From positions 1 through 37,759 of the forward strand of contig JBDRGO010000043.1 of the NCBI GenBank assembly GCA_043817715.1: a DNA stretch of 37,759 nucleotides, read 5' to 3'. The position numbers and the translations under genes were made by a program. Origin of the DNA: Candidatus Iainarchaeum sp. (GTDB taxonomy: Archaea; Iainarchaeota; Iainarchaeia; Iainarchaeales; JAFGBZ01). Positions 1 to 8,713 of this stretch are shown here, one piece after another (position 1 is the stretch's first letter; the number at the start of each line of letters is the position of its first letter). The notes below the pieces were generated by a model that saw only the letters and a list, made by a program, of their open reading frames with translations, had not been told where the DNA came from and did no database searches.

Positions 1-45
1 TTAAAAAAATTATTAAATAAGAAAACTTAATTCTGAGGGAAAAAA

Positions 46-426
46 ATGATTGCAGCAAATGAAAAATTCAAATCAGACGAAACCAGAAAGAATCTAAGAG
101 TGGTTTTTGAGGAAGGGGAAAGCATTTTGCCAGGAATTCAAAATGCAATGAATCAGCATAAATTAAAGGAAGCCGAAATAAAGGAAGGAAGCGGAAAAAT
201 AAAGAAAGCAAAAATAGGCTATATTGACAACAACAAAAAACAGGAAAAAGTTTTTGAAGACTTTGAACCATTAAGAATGAACGGAACAATGAAATTAAGC
301 TTCGGGGATTTATACGGGGAAGTATACCTGAGTTTTATTCAAAACAAGGAACCGGTTAAAGGCCAAATGCTTTCAGGGATTGCAGATGATGATTTGGAAA
401 TAATAATGGAAGTCCAAAAGAAATGA
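46..426 (+). CDS. PPC/DUF296-like small protein (putative DNA-binding fold)
   Basis: 126-aa ORF with a GAGGG SD-like motif a few nt upstream. The layout LRVVFEEGESILPGI...GSGKIKKAKIGY...MNGTM...GEVYLSF...GQML resembles the PPC domain. Assigned by eye only. Confidence 0.45.
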   Translation: MIAANEKFKSDETRKNLRVVFEEGESILPGIQNAMNQHKLKEAEIKEGSGKIKKAKIGYIDNNKKQEKVFEDFEPLRMNGTMKLSFGDLYGEVYLSFIQNKEPVKGQMLSGIADDDLEIIMEVQKK

Positions 427-536
427 TTACTAAATCAGAACTGCTTTATAAAAAATAAAATTACTTCGAATTTCAGGGTTTTTGCCTTGCCTGAACCAGC
501 AACAATTATATTTAATTAACGCACTAAGTTTTAGGT

Positions 537-1280
537 ATGCAGAAAAAACCAGTTGTTGCTTTGGCTCAAATAAAGTACTTTGAAAAAGGCTGGAACAACC
601 TTGAAAAAATAAAGGAATATATTAGAAAAGCAAAGAAGGCAAAAGCGGACATTATATGTTTTCCTGAAAGCTGCGTGCATAAAACAAAATTTCTTACAAT
701 AAACCATGAGCTCCTGAAGCAGATAAGGAATGAATGCAGGAAAAACAGCATATGGTGCATTATAACAGAGCACATTAATGTGAAGAAAAAAGACTATAAT
801 GCCGCAGTGCTTATTGACAGGAAAGGAAAAATAAAGGGATTATATAAAAAAATAAATTTATACGGCGATGAAATCGAAGCAGGAAAAAAAACAATGGTTT
901 TTGAAACTGATTTTGCAAAAATAGGGATTGCAATCTGCTGGGACCTTGCATTTCCGGAAGTTTTCAGGAAAATGCGGAAAAAAGGCGCTGAAATAATTTT
1001 CTGCCCTTCAAAATGGTGGTATGAAATCAACGCCCATGAGAAGGCGCATAAAAAAAAGGAAATCAAAATCATTCAGTCATTAATGCTTGCAAGGGCATTT
1101 GAAAGCAGAATGTATGTTGCGGTATGCAATCCGGTAATGAATTCAAAATTCCAGGTATCATATTCAGGAATCGCTTCCCCGCACAGAATATTAAAGGAAT
1201 TAATCGGAAAAGAAGGAATAATTACCCAAAAAATTGACTTGAAGGAAATGAGGCGCTTAAGAAGGATTTACGGAAGCTGA
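537..1280 (+). CDS. carbon-nitrogen hydrolase (nitrilase superfamily)
   Basis: 247 aa. The Glu-Lys-Cys triad contexts are present: DIICFPE, KKINLYG, GIAICWDLAFPE. Confidence 0.8.
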   Translation: MQKKPVVALAQIKYFEKGWNNLEKIKEYIRKAKKAKADIICFPESCVHKTKFLTINHELLKQIRNECRKNSIWCIITEHINVKKKDYNAAVLIDRKGKIKGLYKKINLYGDEIEAGKKTMVFETDFAKIGIAICWDLAFPEVFRKMRKKGAEIIFCPSKWWYEINAHEKAHKKKEIKIIQSLMLARAFESRMYVAVCNPVMNSKFQVSYSGIASPHRILKELIGKEGIITQKIDLKEMRRLRRIYGS

Positions 1281-1290
1281 ATTTTTAAGG

Positions 1291-1316
1291 AAAAAGTTTA
1301 CAAAAACTTTTTTCAG
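1291..1316 (+). terminator. hairpin plus T-run downstream of the nitrilase gene
   Basis: AAAAAGTTT-ACAA-AAACTTTTT (9-bp stem) runs into TTTTTT, 11 nt after the stop codon. Confidence 0.4.
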
Positions 1317-1374
1317 GAAAACAAAATAAAAATTTACGGAAGCTGATTTCAGGAAACCGAAAGAATTTACAAAA

Positions 1375-2226
1375 TTATTTTTTTGCTGTTTTTTTCAGAA
1401 AATCAATTGCTTCCCCAATAACCCTTTTCTTGTCCGACACAATAAAACCGAAAGTCGGCACTGCATTTATTTCCAAAACACGCCATTCCCCGTCTTTTTT
1501 AACCAAATCAGTTCCGCAAATGCTTATTCCTGAAAAAGCATTGATTTTTTTGATTATTTTTTTCAGAGAATCATCAGGCTCAAACCGTGAATGCCTTGAA
1601 GCCCATGCGCCGATTGCCTTCCATGAATTGCTTTTCTTTTTAACGCACTGCACTATTTTTCCCCCCATTGTAAGCACCCTGTAGGAAGGAGACTTGATGA
1701 ATTCCTGCGCAATCACCGGCTTTGCCTCGCTTTCCTTTTCAAGGAAAGAATTAAGAATTTCCTTTGCCTGCTCTTCGTTTTCCGCCTTTGCAACAAATTC
1801 CCCCTGGCAGCCTTCAACCCGTTTCAATACAGCAGGCCATTTTCCGAACTTCCTTAATTCATGCATTGCGGCACTGATGTTTTCCGACAAAAGAATTGTT
1901 TCAGGAACAGGGATATTATGCTTTTCTGCATTCAAATAAAACATCCATTTGTCCTCGGAATAATAAAATGTTTTGGATGGCTCAATGACTTTTGTCCCAA
2001 AGGACTCAATTGTTTTAGCCAGCTCCACGCCAAATCCCTCTGCAACGCTGTTGAATACAACACTGCATTTCTCTGCATCTTCCATTAATTTTTCCCTGCC
2101 AAGATCCTTTTCAAGATTGAATAAAACAACTTCAATGTTTTTTTCCTTTGCAAGATTGAGGAATATTTTCTCATCCTCCCCTAAAACAGTGCTGCTCAAA
2201 ATATACCCTAAAACAGTTTTTGCCAT
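1375..2226 (-). CDS. ATP-grasp ligase, RimK-like family
   Basis: 283 aa. Its length and the C-terminal motifs GISICGTDLVK...WRVLEINAVP are typical of RimK/LysX-type ATP-grasp enzymes. Confidence 0.65.
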   Translation of the reverse strand: MAKTVLGYILSSTVLGEDEKIFLNLAKEKNIEVVLFNLEKDLGREKLMEDAEKCSVVFNSVAEGFGVELAKTIESFGTKVIEPSKTFYYSEDKWMFYLNAEKHNIPVPETILLSENISAAMHELRKFGKWPAVLKRVEGCQGEFVAKAENEEQAKEILNSFLEKESEAKPVIAQEFIKSPSYRVLTMGGKIVQCVKKKSNSWKAIGAWASRHSRFEPDDSLKKIIKKINAFSGISICGTDLVKKDGEWRVLEINAVPTFGFIVSDKKRVIGEAIDFLKKTAKK

Positions 2227-2334
2227 GAAAATAAAAACGAATTACAAGTATTTATTGGTTTCTTCAGGGAAAAGAATTAAAGCAGTAACAAGGCATAATT
2301 AATCGGACAATGATGTCATTAAAAACAGCGAATG

Positions 2335-2745
2335 CTATAGGTAATAATCCTGAATTAGTTCCTTTATTGAAACAACTTTTACTTTTGGCTGGTTTTTGAG
2401 TTTTTTGTAGTTTGACCATAAAGGAATATTTTTTGATAAAGCCAATGCAAAAAATTCAACATCGTTTTCATCAGGACAAACTTGTTCCGCTTTTGAAATA
2501 AATTTTTTAAATTCAACAAAAGAAACAAAAATAATTCTTGAAGAAACCAAAGACAACGCCAATTCAAATTCACTTTTATTTAAACCTGATTTTTTAAGAA
2601 TTTCTTTTTCATGTTTTTTAATTTCAGCCAATAAAAATTCAGGAGCAAAAAAAAGAAATTTATCAGAAAACAGAAGTTCCCTTGTTTTTCCATCAAATGA
2701 AATAATAGCAGAAATAATTATGTTTGAATCAACAACAAACTGCAT
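2335..2745 (-). CDS. PIN-domain nuclease (VapC-like toxin)
   Basis: 136 aa. The N-terminus MQFVVDSNIIISAI carries the PIN acidic residue, with DENDVEFFALA further in. It starts 5 nt after the upstream small-gene stop. Confidence 0.65.
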   Translation of the reverse strand: MQFVVDSNIIISAIISFDGKTRELLFSDKFLFFAPEFLLAEIKKHEKEILKKSGLNKSEFELALSLVSSRIIFVSFVEFKKFISKAEQVCPDENDVEFFALALSKNIPLWSNYKKLKNQPKVKVVSIKELIQDYYL

Positions 2746-2749
2746 TAAT

Positions 2750-2977
2750 TCACCTATTTTTAGAATACTCTTTATGCAGTGATTTATTAATTTTTCTCCC
2801 TATTTCAAGAGCATCTTTTTCAGTTAACTTTGATTTGTTTGCAATTGCATTAAGTATTTTCAATTGGCTAGCCTTCTCTCTAATTGCTTCCCTCGCAACC
2901 TCAGACCAGTTAACAAACTTGGATTTATTCATTTCATCCTTTAATTCAATTGGAACAGACAAAGTAATAGTCGGCAT
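2750..2977 (-). CDS. small antitoxin-like protein (RHH/VapB-like)
   Basis: 75 aa. It begins MPTITLSVPIELKDEM...WSEVAREAIREK, a beta-strand followed by helices. It is tightly coupled upstream of the PIN gene. Confidence 0.5.
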   Translation of the reverse strand: MPTITLSVPIELKDEMNKSKFVNWSEVAREAIREKASQLKILNAIANKSKLTEKDALEIGRKINKSLHKEYSKNR

Positions 2978-3095
2978 AAAAAAACCTCCAAATATTTAAT
3001 TTATTTAATATATTTAATACACATAAATAAATATAAACCTTTTTATAACCTTGCAGGGCATTGATTTTTATTTAATTAATACCTATAATATTTCA

Positions 3096-3161
3096 GGGCA
3101 ATGATGAAGTTAACACCTGATGACGCTTTATGCGAATGATTACACACTCAACGCTGAGTCC
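3096..3161 (+). ncRNA. candidate C/D-box sRNA
   Basis: C box ATGATGA at 3101-3107, CTGA at 3117-3120, C'-like ATGATTA at 3136-3142. An 11-nt spacer precedes D box CTGA at 3154-3157. Flanking GGGC (3096-3099) can pair with GUCC (3158-3161). The element is intergenic. Confidence 0.3.
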
Positions 3162-3371
3162 GAATATTTTTTTAGAAAAAAAGGATTTGCAGCCCAAAAA
3201 AAAGGAATTCGCTATCGCGAATTCAAATAAAAAAAATTATAAAAAGCGAACAAAGTGAGCACAATGCATGCAAAGCATGCATTCATGTGCAGCCTTAATT
3301 AAGGCTAACTCAACACTGAGTCCGATTAAAAAAACAAATTATTTTATTCCTGTTGCTTTATTGGCTATTTA

Positions 3372-3938
3372 ATGAAGTCAAATTATTCTCTTATCGTGTT
3401 TGGAGTTCCTGCCTTGTTTTTCCTTTTGGTTTTATTTAACTTGTTTTTCCTGAAGCTGGATCTTTTTTTCAGTTTTGTAACCGTCTTTATTGTTTTATTC
3501 GCAGTTATTTTATGTTATGTCCTAGTTTTTAACAAAAAACACCTCATTGAAAAAAAAGGTTATTTTTTGAAATACAACTATGATTCATTGATAAAAGTAC
3601 ATAGCAATATTGTCATTAAAATAAAAGAAAAAAAGGAATTTGAAAAATACTTAATTCAAATTCTTTCAATTTTTAAGGAATACTTTCAAACAGAAAACTT
3701 TGTTGTTGAATGGATCCATTATTATGAAAACAAACATGAACACAAAGAAAAAAAAGTAAAATTCACTCAGCTTCTTGAATTCTGTAAACAATTTGAAGAA
3801 AAAGATACTGCTCTGGAAACAATAAGCGCTAAAAACGAAAATGGATATAGTGCACTTACTTACAACAGAAACACAAGAACCATCGAAGTAACAAGCAACA
3901 ACAGATTCATTCATTACCTGGTTGATAAATTGAAATGA
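3372..3938 (+). CDS. hypothetical membrane protein (two N-terminal TM helices)
   Basis: 188-aa ORF with a hydrophobic N-terminus. No recognisable family. Confidence 0.45.
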   Translation: MKSNYSLIVFGVPALFFLLVLFNLFFLKLDLFFSFVTVFIVLFAVILCYVLVFNKKHLIEKKGYFLKYNYDSLIKVHSNIVIKIKEKKEFEKYLIQILSIFKEYFQTENFVVEWIHYYENKHEHKEKKVKFTQLLEFCKQFEEKDTALETISAKNENGYSALTYNRNTRTIEVTSNNRFIHYLVDKLK

Positions 3939-3980
3939 AACTCTATTCAAATATATTTATATCACAATATTAGTTTTAGT

Positions 3981-4385
3981 ATGAAAATGAGAAATAAAAT
4001 TTTTGCCATTGGACTCTTATTGGTATTCTTATTCATAGTCATTTATATAGGTTTAACATATCACTTTGCCCTTGTGTCAATGAATTATTATGACCGACCA
4101 GTAATAAAAATTGTGAATCTAAATGAAGAAGACATCACAGATTTACGCATTGAAGTTCGTAATAATTCCATATACATAGAAAAGATTCCAAAAGGCGAAT
4201 CAAGAACAGTAGAATTAGTCAATCCTTTTGGAGAAGATAGTATCAAATTAGTTTATATCTTTAAAGGAGAAATGCTAGAAAGAAATGTAGGATATATTGA
4301 ATCAATAGGAGGGTATAAAGTCAAAATAACAATTGATTCCAATGGACTAATTGATTTCAATAGTGGGCTCGGGCACTGGCCTTAA
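3981..4385 (+). CDS. hypothetical membrane-anchored protein
   Basis: 134-aa ORF with a single N-terminal TM/signal anchor. Confidence 0.45.
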   Translation: MKMRNKIFAIGLLLVFLFIVIYIGLTYHFALVSMNYYDRPVIKIVNLNEEDITDLRIEVRNNSIYIEKIPKGESRTVELVNPFGEDSIKLVYIFKGEMLERNVGYIESIGGYKVKITIDSNGLIDFNSGLGHWP

Positions 4386-4616
4386 CTAGCTTTTTTTACT
4401 TGTTTAAGTTTGAATTATAAGGGAAATACTTTAATTAGTGACTATGGCTCAAAGCCATTTCAATATAATTATTTATATGTTTTCTGATTTAGTATATTGG
4501 TTTTTATGAATGAAGAAGTAAAACTTGTAAACAAAGGTATTGAATTAGAAATGCAAGATATAAAAGAAGGAAAAGTAAAAAAATTAGATGAATTAATTGA
4601 ATTAAAATTGAAATAA

Positions 4617-6827
4617 TCAATCAATCTTACTTGCTTTTAATAAAATTGAATTGCTTACAACTGAAACTGAACTAAAAGCCATTGCCGCCCCTGCAATCAT
4701 TGGCGAAAGCATTAAGCCAAAAGAATAATAAAATACTCCCGCAGCAATTGGAACTCCTAACACATTGTAAACTAGTGCCCAAAATAAGTTTTGTTTTATT
4801 TTACTCATTGTTTTCTGCCCCAAATTAATTGCTTTAACAACATCCAATGGATTTGATTTCATTAAAACAATGTTTCCTGCTTCCATTGCAATATCTGATC
4901 CCTGCGCCATTGCAATGCCAATATTTGCCTGGGCAAGCGCAGGGGAATCATTAATTCCGTCCCCCACCATTGCAATAGTTTTTCCTTGTTCCTGCAGTTT
5001 TTTAACATAACTTGCTTTATCTTTAGGCAATACTTCAGCAAACACATTAGTAATTCCAAGCATTCCAGCAATTGCATTAGCAGTGCGTTTATTGTCACCA
5101 GTAATCATCCAAACTTCAATTCCTTTTTTCTTTAATTTCTGAACTGCTTCAATGCTGTTTTCTTTAATTGTATCAGCAACAGCAATTAAACCCAAAATTT
5201 TTTTTCCTGAAAATAAAACCATCACTGTTTTTCCTTCTGATTCTAATTTAGAAATTTGTTTTTCATTTTCAAAATTATTTTTTTCTTTTACATTGCTTAA
5301 ATCAGTTTTTTCTTTTGCGTAATTAGTGCTTCCTAAAAAGAATTCTTTTCCTGAAATTATTCCCTTGATTCCTTTTCCTGGAATTGCATTAAATGAGGTT
5401 ACTTTTGAAAAAGAAATTTTTTCTTCTTTTGCTTTTGAAACAATTGCTTCAGCCAAAGGATGCTCGGAATTTTTTTCCAGTGAAGCAGAAACTGATAATA
5501 ATTCTTTTTCTGATGAATTTAATGCAATTAAATCAGTTACTTTTGGTTTTCCTTGAGTTAATGTTCCTGTTTTATCAAATACAACTGCATTGATTTTATG
5601 GCTTAATTCAAGTGCTTCAGCATTTTTAATTAAGATTCCGTTTTCTGCGCCTTTTCCTGTTCCAACCATTATTGCAGTAGGGGTTGCCAAACCTAAAGCG
5701 CAAGGACAGGCAATAACTAAAACTGAAACACCTGCAATTAATGCAAATGAAAGCCCTTCAGAAAAAACAAAAAACCATGCAATAAAAGTAATTAATGAAA
5801 TAACAATAATTATTGGAACAAAAACCGAGCTGATTTTGTCGGCAAACCTTTGAATTTCTGCTTTTGATCCTTGAGCTTCTTCAACTAATTTAATTATTTG
5901 TGCAAGCACTGTTTGTGAACCGATTTTTGTTGCTTTGAATTTAATTAATCCATGTTTATTAATTGTTCCTGAAAAAACAGCGTCATTAATTTGTTTTTCA
6001 GTTGGAATACTTTCCCCAGTTAACATGCTTTCATCAATTGAAGTTGAACCAAAAATAATTACTCCATCAACAGGGATTTTTTCCCCTGGTTTAACAATAA
6101 TTATATCTCCTAGAGCTAAATCTTTTGCATCAATTAAAATTTCTTTTCCATTTCTTTCAATTAATGCCTTTTTTGGGCTTAAATCCATTAATTTCCTTAT
6201 TGCTTCACTTGCCTTTCCTTTGGCAATTGCCTCCAAATATTTTCCTAATAAAACTAAAGTAATCAGCATTGCAGCTGTTTCAAAATACTGTTCTGAAACA
6301 AAGCCAAGCAATGCAAAAACGCTGTAAAAATATGCGGCGCTTGTCCCGACAGCAATTAAAGTATCCATTGAAGCAGTTTTGTTTTTTAATGAACTCCATG
6401 CTCCTTTGTAAAAGTTTTTTCCTGCAATGAACTGCACAGGAGTTGCCAACAAAAACAAAACCCATATTCTAAAAGGCAAATCCATTAAAAACATTCCAAT
6501 AATAAAAATAGGAATTGAAAGAATAGCACTAAATAAAAGAGTTTTTTTTAAATCAGAAATTTCTTTTTTCCTTAAATTTTTTTCTCTTTCTAAATCAACT
6601 CCAATTCTTGCTTTATATCCCATTCCTGAAATTAATTCAATTATTTTTTCTAAAGAAATTTTAGATTCATCAAATTCAACAAATGCTTTTCCTGCAGCAA
6701 AATTTGCATTACCTTTTTTGATTCCTTCTGTTTTACTTAACTTATTATTAATTAAAGCAGAGCATGAAGCACAATGCATTCCTTCAACAATTAATTCTTC
6801 TTTTTTCATAAAAATCAACTCATTCAA
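4617..6827 (-). CDS. copA: copper-translocating P1B-type ATPase
   Basis: 736 aa. N-terminal HMA motif GMHCASC, TGES, CPC (ACPCALGLATP), DKTGTLT, GDGINDSPAL. Confidence 0.95.
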   Translation of the reverse strand: MNELIFMKKEELIVEGMHCASCSALINNKLSKTEGIKKGNANFAAGKAFVEFDESKISLEKIIELISGMGYKARIGVDLEREKNLRKKEISDLKKTLLFSAILSIPIFIIGMFLMDLPFRIWVLFLLATPVQFIAGKNFYKGAWSSLKNKTASMDTLIAVGTSAAYFYSVFALLGFVSEQYFETAAMLITLVLLGKYLEAIAKGKASEAIRKLMDLSPKKALIERNGKEILIDAKDLALGDIIIVKPGEKIPVDGVIIFGSTSIDESMLTGESIPTEKQINDAVFSGTINKHGLIKFKATKIGSQTVLAQIIKLVEEAQGSKAEIQRFADKISSVFVPIIIVISLITFIAWFFVFSEGLSFALIAGVSVLVIACPCALGLATPTAIMVGTGKGAENGILIKNAEALELSHKINAVVFDKTGTLTQGKPKVTDLIALNSSEKELLSVSASLEKNSEHPLAEAIVSKAKEEKISFSKVTSFNAIPGKGIKGIISGKEFFLGSTNYAKEKTDLSNVKEKNNFENEKQISKLESEGKTVMVLFSGKKILGLIAVADTIKENSIEAVQKLKKKGIEVWMITGDNKRTANAIAGMLGITNVFAEVLPKDKASYVKKLQEQGKTIAMVGDGINDSPALAQANIGIAMAQGSDIAMEAGNIVLMKSNPLDVVKAINLGQKTMSKIKQNLFWALVYNVLGVPIAAGVFYYSFGLMLSPMIAGAAMAFSSVSVVSNSILLKASKID

Positions 6828-6868
6828 TAAATTATTAATATACTTATAATTTACTTGTTTTTAAAAGT

Positions 6869-8380
6869 TCAACTTGCACTGCAACTTGAACCTCCACCAC
6901 AACCACAACCACCTTCAGGTTTAGGGGCATTTGCAATTTGACTATTTACTTCCGCTTGTGTTTTTTCATCTAAAACCACTTTTCCTTCATTATTTAATGC
7001 AATGTCATCTCTTACAACAAATGTTCCCTGAATCATTCCCATCCAACAACTCCATTGAATTACCCCATTTTCAATTGGAGTAAATTCTATTGTTTGAATT
7101 CCTGGCTTTATGTCAAATTCCAAACCATAAGCAGGAACAATTATAGCGTTATTGCAGCCATTAATTTGTTTTCCATTAATCGCCCACTTTACAGGAATTC
7201 CTTTTTTCAATACAAAACTATTCGGACTCCAGCCAGAACCAATTACATCCATTTCAATTGTTTGAAATTCCACTAATTCTCCTTGAACTATTTCTGAGGT
7301 TATAACTGGGCTACTACTTTTCTCTTGGTTAGTGTTAGAAGCAAACACAGTTGTAACAGAATCAAATGAAACCGCGCTGCCAGTTAATGCTAATCCATTA
7401 TTAATCATCAATAAACCCATTACAAATACAATTACTGCAGAAAACCTTACAACATTATTTTGAAATCCATGACTCATAAATGAAGCAAATACTCCAAAAC
7501 CAAGCATTGGAATTAATGTTCCAATAGCAAAAGAAAACAAAAGTAATGCACCAGAAAAAAAGCTTCCAGTTGTTGCAGCAATAACATACATTGCCTGAAG
7601 TGGTCCACAAGCAATAAACAAACCATTCATTAATCCAACTGTAAACGGATTACTTCCTGATTTTAAAGGACCTATTTTAAATTTATCAAACCAACTTTGA
7701 GGCAAACTAAGTTTTCTTAAAATAGGAAAAATATTAAGTAGTTTTAATGCAAATAGAATTAAAAATAATCCTGCAATTATTGCTACTCCTGCTCTTAACT
7801 CAGGAGTGAAAACAAAAAAGCTTCCAATTACTCCAAAAATTCCTCCAATCAAAGAATAAGAAATAATTTTTCCAAATGCATATTTTCCATGAAGCAATAA
7901 ATTCAAAGAAACAGGATTTTGTTTCCGTGCTTTAGCAGTATAACTTAATACAAAACCACCACACATTCCAATACAATGAAATCCAGTAAGAAGTCCAACA
8001 ATAAAAATAAGAACAATGCTTGTCTGCGCATCTAACTGCGGAATACTAATATCAATCCCTATTAAAGAAGACACAAACAAATAAGCAAGTAATAAAAATG
8101 CTATTGAAAACAAACCAAAAATAACATATCTGAATTCTTTTTTTGAATCAGATTCTTTAGATTCAACATTATATCCTGCTTCTTTAATTACAGAAATCAC
8201 TTTCTGTCTTGAAGCCTTTTCAGAATTAAATAAAACTTTTACCTTACTATCTGAATAAGATGCCTTAACTGATTCAACACCATGTATTTTTGAAACATTT
8301 TTTTCAATAATTTTTTCACAGCTTTCACAAACCATGTTATTGACAGTAAGTGAAATTTTTTCAGAAGTCAATTTCATCAT
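6869..8380 (-). CDS. HMA domain - polytopic DsbD_2/TauE-like membrane domain - cupredoxin-like domain fusion
   Basis: 503 aa. N-terminal MVCESC HMA fold; a TM core with GFHCIGMCGG; a C-terminal beta domain with NGCNNAI...WSCWMGM; a Cys/Gly tail GGCGCGGGSSCS. Confidence 0.7.
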   Translation of the reverse strand: MMKLTSEKISLTVNNMVCESCEKIIEKNVSKIHGVESVKASYSDSKVKVLFNSEKASRQKVISVIKEAGYNVESKESDSKKEFRYVIFGLFSIAFLLLAYLFVSSLIGIDISIPQLDAQTSIVLIFIVGLLTGFHCIGMCGGFVLSYTAKARKQNPVSLNLLLHGKYAFGKIISYSLIGGIFGVIGSFFVFTPELRAGVAIIAGLFLILFALKLLNIFPILRKLSLPQSWFDKFKIGPLKSGSNPFTVGLMNGLFIACGPLQAMYVIAATTGSFFSGALLLFSFAIGTLIPMLGFGVFASFMSHGFQNNVVRFSAVIVFVMGLLMINNGLALTGSAVSFDSVTTVFASNTNQEKSSSPVITSEIVQGELVEFQTIEMDVIGSGWSPNSFVLKKGIPVKWAINGKQINGCNNAIIVPAYGLEFDIKPGIQTIEFTPIENGVIQWSCWMGMIQGTFVVRDDIALNNEGKVVLDEKTQAEVNSQIANAPKPEGGCGCGGGSSCSAS

Positions 8381-8600
8381 CCCTTGATTTATTGTCTTTT
8401 ACAGTATAACCTGTTTTCTCTATTTTTTCTATTATTTCATTAATACTTAAAATTTTTTCATCAAAAACAACTTCAATTATTTCTTTTTTAAAATCACCTG
8501 AAACACTTAAAATCCCTTTTAATTCCTCTAAATCCATTTTAATTAATGAAACACAACTATTGCAATGCATTCCTTTTACTTTCAGTTCAATTTCCTGCAT
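8361..8600 (-). CDS. copZ: HMA-domain copper chaperone
   Basis: 79 aa with GMHCNSC. AGTGAT SD-like motif upstream. Overlaps the next gene by 20 nt. Confidence 0.85.
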   Translation of the reverse strand: MQEIELKVKGMHCNSCVSLIKMDLEELKGILSVSGDFKKEIIEVVFDEKILSINEIIEKIEKTGYTVKDNKSRDDEIDF

Positions 8601-8623
8601 AAAATCACTGACTTAAAAGCAGC

Positions 8624-8701
8624 TGAAACCATTAATAGCAATTAGTGAAACCATGGATTTTTGCGCCAGCACAGGCTTTTGCTTAAAAAGAATTGGTTTC
8701 A
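8624..8701. promoter_or_regulatory. three copies of TGAAACCA in the copZ/regulator divergent intergenic region
   Basis: TGAAACCAT at 8624-8632 and 8646-8654 (direct, 22 bp apart). TGGTTTCA, the inverted copy, at 8694-8701. Confidence 0.4.
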
Positions 8702-8713
8702 AAAGATACTGAT

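Noticed and set aside
2310-2353. A second C/D-box-like unit (ATGATGT ... CTGA).
   Set aside because: Only 44 nt lie between the boxes, and no internal D'/C' pair or terminal complementarity is visible. Its 3' half overlaps the PIN gene coding end.
4506-4616. 36-codon ORF MNEEVKLVNKGIELEMQDIKEGKVKKLDELIELKLK in the spacer before copA.
   Set aside because: It has no SD-like motif, is a lysine/glutamate-rich sequence typical of AT-rich DNA, and has no recognisable family. It is kept only as a possibility.
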